DNA from: a virus
Taxonomy: Duplodnaviria; Caudoviricetes
Virus record (IMG/VR): IMGVR_UViG_3300044972_000310
Location: 2,138 to 66,137 of that record
Direction: 5' to 3' (one strand)
DNA: 64,000 nt
How positions within the stretch are numbered: the first letter of the stretch is position 1; every line of letters starts with the position of its first letter. This document shows, one piece after another, positions 47,756 through 55,600 of this stretch. Position numbers and translations under genes: made by a program. The notes beneath the pieces are model-generated. The model did no database searches and had not been told where the DNA came from. It saw only the letters and a program-made list of their open reading frames with translations.

Positions 47756-48234
47756 TTGATCCTATCACACTTGGTATTGCTTTCACAGCCGCACAGCAGT
47801 CAGTAGGCTATATTAAAAAGGCCATTGCCCTGGGCAAAGATGTCAACAGTCTTTACGGACAGTTTGCCAAGTTCTTTGAAAACAGCGATAAAATTCACTC
47901 TGCCAGCGTAGAGGCACAAAACAGTAAAAAAATTCTCACCGACGGTCAGATTAGAGCCATGTCTATACAGATTGCCATGCAGAGCAAGGCTCTACGTGAT
48001 GCTGAAAAAGAACTAAAAGAGATGTTGATATGGTCAGGTAATAAAGACGTCTGGGACGAGATGATGGCCGAGCGTGTGCGTATGTATAAAGAACGTGCTA
48101 AATTAGAAGCAGACATAAAAAATGCTAGGATTCAAGCACAGTCTGACATGATAGACAGAGTACTTATAGGTACAAGTTTTATGGCAATAGCGGTCCCTAC
48201 GGTGATGTTTACTTTTGCTATGATAGTTAGATAG
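47752..48234 (+). CDS. Hypothetical helical protein with C-terminal TM
   Basis: MIDPIT...A.A N-terminus, coiled coil, TM. Confidence 0.7.
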   Translation: MIDPITLGIAFTAAQQSVGYIKKAIALGKDVNSLYGQFAKFFENSDKIHSASVEAQNSKKILTDGQIRAMSIQIAMQSKALRDAEKELKEMLIWSGNKDVWDEMMAERVRMYKERAKLEADIKNARIQAQSDMIDRVLIGTSFMAIAVPTVMFTFAMIVR

Positions 48235-48241
48235 TAAATAT

Positions 48242-50305
48242 ATGATGAAGAAAATACTATTATCCCCTTGGACAGCACTGGCTACACTAGCCCTGGTGTT
48301 ATTAGTCCGTCTTGTAGATCCTGCGTTTGTAGAACGAGTAAGACTTACTTATTTTGATCAACTAATCACAAGCCAGCAGGCCAAAGATGTTCCTGTTTAC
48401 ACGGTCAACATTGACGAAGCAACATTAGACAAGTTAGGACAGTTTCCGTTCCCTAGAGACATGTATGCTGATATCATCAAAGACTTATACAAGCGTGACG
48501 CTGGACTGGTTGTATTCAATGTGCTTATGCCAGAGAAGGATCGTTTTGGTAAAGATGCGGTGTTAGGTGAAACTCTTAAAAAGTATCCTGTAGTGTTGCC
48601 TGCAATAGGCAGTGAGAAACAAAAGAATACTAATCATGGAACTCCTGCACAGGTAGTAGGTGCTGATCCTGCTGGAATGGTAGTTGAGTATCCGGGATTG
48701 ATCAATAACGTTGAGCCACAAGAAAGCCTTGCCGCTGGTGTTGGCATTGTCAATACATTTCCAGAGATAGATGGTGTTGTTCGTCGTATGCCAATGGTCA
48801 TACTAAGTCAAGAACAACTACATCCTGCACTAGCTCTAGAGACTTTACGTGTCGCGGCCAAGGATCCCAAGTTCCAAGTTAAAATAGGAGACATGGGCGT
48901 GGAGGCGGTGCGTGTTCCTAAGTTTGGTAAAGTACCAACGGACAACGAAGGTCGTGTTTGGATCGATTGGTCGGCCACTCCGAGAGAATACAGCTACATG
49001 AAGTTGCCAGAATCATTCGACGGTGGCATTGTTATTGTTGGACTAAGTGCTGCGGGACTGGCTAATCCAGTTAGTACTGCTAAAGGTGAAGTATGGCCAC
49101 AATATCTACAAGGTGCGGTTATTGGCACTATGATAACACAGAGTAATATACAGCGTCCAGGTTGGGCTGATCAAGCTGAAATCATTGCCTTGCTGGCCGC
49201 AGGCTTGTTGATGCTATTTTTATCAAGGTGGACCTATGCTTTTATTCCTGTTGTTGTCTTTCTCGGTGGCAGTCACTTTGCTATATCTTATCTATATGAA
49301 AACTCCAGAATCCTATTGGACGCCACTTGGTTTGTTGTTGGCTGTAGCTTGGTATACATTCACGCTTATAGTGTCAAATTTCTAAGCGAATACTTACAGA
49401 AGTCACAGATTAAGAAACAGTTCGGATCATATGTAAACCCTATTATTGTAGAACGACTACAAAAGGATCCTAGCTTTATTAAACTGGGCGGTGAGAAGAA
49501 AGAACTTACTGTCATGATGAGTGACATGCGTAACTTTACTGGTTTGGGAGAAACATATGGAGATGATGTTGTGGCATTTACGCATACAATGAATCGTTAC
49601 ATGACTGCCATTGCAGAACCTATACTACGCAACAATGGATGTTTGATCAAGTTCATTGGTGATGCGTCATTACACGTTCACGGTGCTCCTATTCAAGAGG
49701 CGCAAGATCCTGATCACATACTAGCAGGTGTACGTACAGGATTAGAAATGTTACACGCTGTTGAACTGTTTAACATTGAACTAGAGAAAGAGGGCAAGCC
49801 AAAAGTAGGATGCGGAATAGGTATCAACACAGGTCCTACCTTGATTGGTAACATCGGAAGTAAGGATCGATTTGCCTATGACGTATTAGGTGATTCAGTT
49901 AGTCTAACAGCTCGTCTAGAAGGACAGACAAAGAACTATGGTGTGCTGATTATCATTAGTGAAGCTACACAGAGTAGAGTAGGAAATGCTTACTTTACAT
50001 TGCCTTTAGATTGTATTGCGGTCAAGGGTAAGAACATAGGTGTCAATATCTTTACTGTGTTCTACAATCCAGATGAGAATGTAGCAGCAGAATGGCATAG
50101 TGCTAGAGAGCATCATGAACTAATGCTCGAATACTATCGTGAACAAAATTGGGACAAGGCTATTGAACTTTGTCAAGAACTCGTTGGTGAGTTCTATGGT
50201 AATATGGATCACTACTATGAGATATGGATTGAACGTATTGCCGAAATGCGTAGTAGAAATTTAGCCGCAGACTGGGATGGTACTTACAGAGCTACAAGCA
50301 AGTAA
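48242..50305 (+). CDS. CHASE2-domain class III adenylate/guanylate cyclase
   Basis: VNIDE..L...GQFPFPR, DGVVRR (CHASE2), three TMs, SDMRNFT, KFIGDA, GIGINTG, YDVLGDSV..ARLE. Confidence 0.92.
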   Translation: MMKKILLSPWTALATLALVLLVRLVDPAFVERVRLTYFDQLITSQQAKDVPVYTVNIDEATLDKLGQFPFPRDMYADIIKDLYKRDAGLVVFNVLMPEKDRFGKDAVLGETLKKYPVVLPAIGSEKQKNTNHGTPAQVVGADPAGMVVEYPGLINNVEPQESLAAGVGIVNTFPEIDGVVRRMPMVILSQEQLHPALALETLRVAAKDPKFQVKIGDMGVEAVRVPKFGKVPTDNEGRVWIDWSATPREYSYMKLPESFDGGIVIVGLSAAGLANPVSTAKGEVWPQYLQGAVIGTMITQSNIQRPGWADQAEIIALLAAGLLMLFLSRWTYAFIPVVVFLGGSHFAISYLYENSRILLDATWFVVGCSLVYIHAYSVKFLSEYLQKSQIKKQFGSYVNPIIVERLQKDPSFIKLGGEKKELTVMMSDMRNFTGLGETYGDDVVAFTHTMNRYMTAIAEPILRNNGCLIKFIGDASLHVHGAPIQEAQDPDHILAGVRTGLEMLHAVELFNIELEKEGKPKVGCGIGINTGPTLIGNIGSKDRFAYDVLGDSVSLTARLEGQTKNYGVLIIISEATQSRVGNAYFTLPLDCIAVKGKNIGVNIFTVFYNPDENVAAEWHSAREHHELMLEYYREQNWDKAIELCQELVGEFYGNMDHYYEIWIERIAEMRSRNLAADWDGTYRATSK

Positions 50306-50307
50306 AC

Positions 50308-50331
50308 AAAAAGGACCCTAGGGTCCTTTTT
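50308..50331. terminator. Bidirectional intrinsic terminator
   Basis: AAAAAGGACC-CTAG-GGTCCTTTTT. Confidence 0.85.
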
Positions 50332-50678
50332 TAATCATCTCCGGCAGCGCCTTTAATTTCTTCTTTAGTAGCTCGACGTTTACCAATAGGCGGTTCATCT
50401 GCTGTTTTATTAATCTCAGCTTCAGCTTTTACACGCTCACGTTCAATGGTCTTGCCACGCAGTTCCATGACAGTTTCAACTTTTTGATTCAACCTGATAA
50501 GATCGTTATCAAGCATACGAATACGATCAATAAGAGCGATAAGAGTTCCATTAGCTGCTCCAATAACAGGTTTAATTTCTGTGGTAACCCATGTCCACAC
50601 GTAATATATGAAGTATCCCATGCCACCGGCTGCTATAACCGGGAAACCATAGCGATTGACCATTTCTGCCAAATCCAT
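50331..50678 (-). CDS. Small membrane protein (GFP motif, YvrJ/holin-like)
   Basis: VNRYGFPVIAA.GMGYFIYY plus coiled coil. Confidence 0.7.
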   Translation of the reverse strand: MDLAEMVNRYGFPVIAAGGMGYFIYYVWTWVTTEIKPVIGAANGTLIALIDRIRMLDNDLIRLNQKVETVMELRGKTIERERVKAEAEINKTADEPPIGKRRATKEEIKGAAGDD

Positions 50679-50857
50679 TATTTGTATCCTCTAAAAAATT
50701 TAACTACAGGATCAACTTTAACTAATTCTACTCGTCCGTTGATATTCTTAACTTCAAACAGATCCCCTGCTCGCCACTCTAATTTATCAATATTAAGTTC
50801 TCGATCTAGAACTATTCTATCTTTGTGCAAGTCCCAATCATAATCAGCGTATTTCAT
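50678..50857 (-). CDS. 59-aa protein not in the ORF track (MKYADYDWDL...WRAGDLF...)
   Basis: Start and stop both overlap the neighbours; AAGGA RBS. Confidence 0.7.
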   Translation of the reverse strand: MKYADYDWDLHKDRIVLDRELNIDKLEWRAGDLFEVKNINGRVELVKVDPVVKFFRGYK

Positions 50858-51132
50858 TAGTCTTTCCTTTGATCTGCTTGTTCAGCGCGACTAATACGAT
50901 CGTAGTCGGGCTGTAGGCCTAACGCATGACTAACTTTAACATCAATACGCTGTAGTTGATTAGTCATAGTATCAACACGGGCATCTAAGCCTTTAATAAT
51001 ACCACCCATACCATTTACTGAGCTAGTAACACCTGCAAGAATAAATTTCAGTGTTAGAAACACAAAGTAGCCTGCGGCAAATGCTGCGGCAATTGGAAAT
51101 CCAAGTTCTGCTACTAATTTAAAAAAATCCAT
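50857..51132 (-). CDS. Small membrane protein, paralog of 50331..50678
   Basis: VAELGFPIAAA.AAGYFVF plus coiled coil; AGGAG RBS. Confidence 0.7.
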   Translation of the reverse strand: MDFFKLVAELGFPIAAAFAAGYFVFLTLKFILAGVTSSVNGMGGIIKGLDARVDTMTNQLQRIDVKVSHALGLQPDYDRISRAEQADQRKD

Positions 51133-51166
51133 GTAATCGCTCCTACAAATATATTTACCAAAATGC

Positions 51167-51195
51167 TTGCGTATAAATACTAGTGACTGTATAAT
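51167..51195 (+). promoter_or_regulatory. sigma70 promoter of the tmRNA gene
   Basis: TTGCGT-17 nt-TATAAT. Confidence 0.7.
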
Positions 51196-51201
51196 AACAG
51201 T

Positions 51202-51583
51202 TATTGTTGTAATCCCTTCAAAGTGAAGGCATTCTGGACGCGGGTTCGACTCCCGCCAGGTCCACCAAAAGGATATTTATGAAGTACACCGCATTGTGCC
51301 CAAGTTGTTTTATTAGATTTAGTTGGGTAATGAGGAAAGGCTTAACAAAACATAAGTGTTTTTCTGATGGGCCTGCCATGGTTTCGACAGGGTGAGATAA
51401 TAGAGACGGCAACACGGTAGGCGATGACCGTAAATCAAGCAAATAAAGTAAATGCAACAGCAAATACATTCGAGTATTTCCAAGTTGACTTCGACGTTAC
51501 AGCAATGAACGACGAGCAATTTGCAATCGCAGCCTAAGAAACTGCAACTCCGGGGTAGGACTTACCTTGTAAAATAAACAACC
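51202..51583 (+). ncRNA. ssrA: Circularly permuted (two-piece) tmRNA
   Basis: The 3' half (T-arm GCGGG-TTCGACT-CCCGC, CAGGTCC-A-CCA ending 51267) precedes the 5' half (GGGCCTG at 51369); acceptor stem has G3.U70; tag frame 51454-51537 ends NDEQFAIAA*. Outer boundaries approximate. Confidence 0.9.
51279..51395 (+). CDS. 38-aa Cys/His ORF in the tmRNA intervening segment
   Basis: AAGGA RBS just after the CCA; MKYTALCPSCFIRFSWVMRKGLTKHKCFSDGPAMVSTG. Confidence 0.4.
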   Translation: MKYTALCPSCFIRFSWVMRKGLTKHKCFSDGPAMVSTG

Positions 51584-51609
51584 ATAGGACCTTCGGGTCC
51601 TATCTTTTT
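51584..51609 (+). terminator. tmRNA terminator
   Basis: ATAGGACC-TTCG-GGTCCTAT-CTTTTT. Confidence 0.85.
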
Positions 51610-51635
51610 GGCTATATTTCCAATATTTCGCATCG

Positions 51636-51682
51636 AACATGTGCGTACACGCACATGTTTTGCCGGCAAATTCGTGTATAAT
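51636..51682 (+). promoter_or_regulatory. CRP-family palindrome plus -10 (class II-type promoter)
   Basis: AACATGTGC-GTACAC-GCACATGTT centred at 51647.5; TATAAT at 51677-51682. Confidence 0.6.
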
Positions 51683-51730
51683 TGATAGATAGACGAACTA
51701 ATTAGTTTATATGTTATTAAAAGGAAAAAT

Positions 51731-52630
51731 ATGACAACTACAATTACAATTAAAGACAAAGCAGTAAACACAACTTACCAAAATGTCACAGGCTTAACAG
51801 GCGGAACTGGAACAGGCGCTACTTTTGATGTTACTAAAACAGACGGAGTATACTCTGTAGTTCTTGACAGCGTAGCCGCTAGTGCTGGCTCTGGCTATGT
51901 TGCAGGTGATACAATCACTCTTGCTGGTACAGCATTAGGTGGCACTGTAGCCAACAACCTAATTGTTACTGTAGCCACAGTTGGTACATCTGGCAAAGTT
52001 GCTACCTTTGGTGTAGTAGGTACTGGTCGTGCAGGAGATGGCACTGTTGACATTACCGTTGACGTTACAGGTACTACTGGCGTTGACACTTACGCCATGG
52101 GAGGTAAGAGCACAGAGTTCACAGTTACTAAAACTGCTGACAATGTAAAGTTAGCCAGCACACTAGTTAGTAACATGGAATTTAATCTTGCCAATCACGA
52201 GCGTGTTGTGTTCACAGACAAGGCCGTTGCCTATGATGCCACAGGTCGTGCAGGGGACGTATATGCATTGTTAGCGGCTGCACTTGGTACAGCAGATGTT
52301 ACTAAGGCTTATACAGGTGTTGGAATTCGACTTGCTGATTCAGGTTGGACTAACAAGGAATTAGCCACAGCATTGTTAGCCACTGATGTTTACAAAACAG
52401 ATGCAGGTGGTGTTAGCAATGAAACATTCATCAAGCACGTTTACAAAAATGTGTTTGGTACTGATGCAACATTAACACAGGTTACCGATTACACAGCATG
52501 GATGACTAACAGCAAGTTGTCACAGGCTGATGTATTGGTTGCCGCTAGCGAATTAGCCGCGTTTGAAACAACTATTGGTTTAGTGGGTTTAGCAACAACT
52601 GGTATTGAATATACTCCAGTCGTTGGATAA
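51731..52630 (+). CDS. Thr/Gly-rich protein with DUF4214/S-layer-like C-terminus
   Basis: ERVVFTDK..A.D, Y.L..AALG, SNETFI.HVYKNV.G, VGLA..GIEY. Confidence 0.7.
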   Translation: MTTTITIKDKAVNTTYQNVTGLTGGTGTGATFDVTKTDGVYSVVLDSVAASAGSGYVAGDTITLAGTALGGTVANNLIVTVATVGTSGKVATFGVVGTGRAGDGTVDITVDVTGTTGVDTYAMGGKSTEFTVTKTADNVKLASTLVSNMEFNLANHERVVFTDKAVAYDATGRAGDVYALLAAALGTADVTKAYTGVGIRLADSGWTNKELATALLATDVYKTDAGGVSNETFIKHVYKNVFGTDATLTQVTDYTAWMTNSKLSQADVLVAASELAAFETTIGLVGLATTGIEYTPVVG

Positions 52631-52644
52631 TTAATTTACGTCAC

Positions 52645-52674
52645 AAAAAAGGGCTCCGAGAGCCCTTTTCTTTT
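52645..52674. terminator. Bidirectional intrinsic terminator
   Basis: AAAAAAGGGCTC-CGA-GAGCCCTTTT. Confidence 0.8.
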
Positions 52675-55600
52675 ATGCCTGCGCTTCGCCCCAACGTAGA
52701 ATAACGTTAGCAGGAGTTGCTGCCCCAGCAACCTTATACACATTAATAGCTAGTACATCGGGACCATTTGGAAATGTGCCTCGACCACCGATAGCTGTAC
52801 TTGTTAGTTCTTTTAGTGTTTCTAATGATAGTGAATCAGTGCCGCCAGGATTAGATACAAAGGAGAACACTTGCTCTCCGGGCAATGCATACTGCGCACC
52901 AAACTGGAACGTTAGTGTAGCAGATGCTGATATTGCTGAATTTGAAGCCTGTGTAAATGATACACGATATACTGTAGTAGCGCCAAATGTTCGAGTAGTA
53001 ATAGCATTAACACTAGTACCAGCTGGAAACTGTGTTTGACTACTAGCTACTCGAGTTCCAATAATAGCTCCTGATGCTAGCCAAGTAGAACCTGTAAAGA
53101 ACAAATAGCTCAATGATGTGTACGTTGATCCACTACCTGCAGCAGTAGTAAGTACTGATTGATCATTACTGACACCGCTTGTACTAGTAGAATTTGCAGC
53201 GGCAGACATTACAATTCTAGTATATGGAACGCTAGATAGTGTTAAGTATGATGGAGTAATACTGAGAATAGTTTGACCACTAGTTAAGAATGTTGCTAAA
53301 CTCAGTACGTCACCTACTGCAATATTAGTTCTATCAGTGGCATCATTTCTAATTAAGAAGTCTGTCCTAGCAGTACTTAATGCTGATCCATATCTAGCAG
53401 TGGCTGCTGATGTTACTGTAACTGTCACGTTATTTCCAGTTCCTGCTACACTAGTAGCAGTACCAAAATTACTCATAATTACTCTTGCGTAAACAACCCC
53501 AGCAATAGTAGTAAAGTTACTGGTAAAGCTAGATATTGTTTGACCGCTAATTAAGAACGTTGTAGCAGACAGCACGTCCGACGTTGCCGCAGAAGTTGCC
53601 CCGTATTGAGTTTGTGTAATTAAGAAGTCTGTTCTAGCAGTGCTTACAGCAGTATTGTACGTAGCAGCTACTGAGCTAGCAAATGATATGTTGTTAACAG
53701 CAGTATTAGAATTACTAGTAAAATTTGCTGTTCCTGTCATAACTATTCTAGCATACGTAGTTGCGCCTATTGTGATAAAATTTTGTGTAATACTAGATAC
53801 TCGTTGACCGCTGGTAACAAAAGTAGTAACACTAATTACATCGTTTACTGCAAGAGGTGTTGTAAATGCTGCAAGAGTTGCCTGCGGAATTAAAAAGTCA
53901 GTTCTCGCAGTGCTGAATGCAAATTGATAAGTAGCATTTTGTGCGCTCGACAGCGCTGGAGCATTGGCAAGTCGACTAACTGCGCTAAATGACACGGCAG
54001 TAAGTGTTGTTGTTGCCGGCGCAAAACTTTTTGCAAGCAATGTAGTAGTAAATGAACCTTGCACAGTGGCAGTTGACGTGCTGACATTGCCTCCCCAAGT
54101 TACAGAACCACCAGATGCAACCTGTGCAAAGCTAGGCTGTCCGCCTGCTGCTGATGAATTTAAACTGTTCCACGAGATTTTAGTCGGATCAGTTGGATAA
54201 TTAATTGGGTTTAACACACCTTCAACAACGATCGCACCGTTATTATTTGGTGTTGCACCGGCCCATGTTAGATTAACACCAAACGTTCCGCTAGCACCTG
54301 TGCCACTTGTAAACGTTGGTGCTGTTGAGCTGAATGTTCCTGTACTAGTTGCTTGGTACCAATTTTTAATTCCGTTTGATACATTGCTATAATATAGCCC
54401 TGAAGTGGCTGTACCGCCGCTCGACCAAGTATTACCAACAAATGGATCTGCAGAATCAACTGGGTCACTAGTCACCGCAATTGAGCTCAATAATAATTGC
54501 GCACGATTTAATAGTTCGCGCTCGCCAAGATCTCCTGTTTGGGCATTACTTACGCTAGGAGCCAAACGAATCAAGAACGCAGTATTTTTATCCACACTGG
54601 CCGAAATACCAGTGGCTGCATAGTTAAAGATGTATCCACGATCTGAATCAAACTGTCCGTCAATCATAAATGCACTACCCCAATGGCTGATAATCGGAGT
54701 AATTGTATTTGATATTAAAACAACACCTGATCCAGCTGAATGGCTGGCTGCAACCCCTCCGGAGAATGTCCTTTGAGCACCTGCCACAAATTGTGTTAAA
54801 TTAGCTCCACGAGTACAACCCGTCAGCGCAGACCCAGTATTACCAGTGTATCGAATCATTTCAGCGTCAACTATAACTGTGCCAGCTGTTGGAAAATAAT
54901 ATGAATCCTGTAATGGTATTGTGGTCTGTGAGCTAGTCATTGAAGACACTAAAACGTCTTTTGCACCCTCGTTGACTACTTCGTAACGAACAGGTTGATT
55001 ACCAGTACGCATATACGCTTCTGTGTTTACATTACTGTTACGGAAACGGTGTGCAAACACATAGTTACCATCTGCGCCACGTAGCATAAAATCAATAAAG
55101 CCAGCACCGTACCAAGTATGCTGGATACCAATCATCTGCATTTTACCAATGTCAATATTATATCCACTAGGACCAGATCCGTTGCACGGATCTAAATTCC
55201 AATCTGCTTGCGGAACAATTAGGTCAACAGTCTTACAAATTTTAACGTTAGATACATCTGCTACACCACGGAAATCAGGAGCAACAGTTAAGCTAGTGTC
55301 ACTGATAATCTGTGTAATAATATGGCTCATTCCTCTAATAACAACTCTATCTCCAGCTGTTAATTGTTGGCTAAATCGAGTATTAGTTCCAGTAACTAGA
55401 TTAGAGTTTGCGGCAACGGATATAACTCCTGCAACCTGAAATGTACTTGACCTACGTACAACAGCTAATGTACGTCCATCATATTGATAGAACATACCGT
55501 TTTGATCATCAAAAATACCTGCACGTACAGTAGAGCCGTGCCATTGTCTCACTGTCATTATACACGGGCTATTTAATGTAGGGGTTGTACTCCCTAGTGT

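Noticed and set aside
51231-51267. tRNA-like T-arm and CCA end, suggesting a tRNA gene
   Set aside because: No D-arm or anticodon arm upstream; the pairing 5' strand lies downstream at 51369, so it is the tmRNA acceptor piece
51218-51771. Minus-strand ORFs over the tmRNA region
   Set aside because: Shadow frames of the RNA gene and promoter, without RBS
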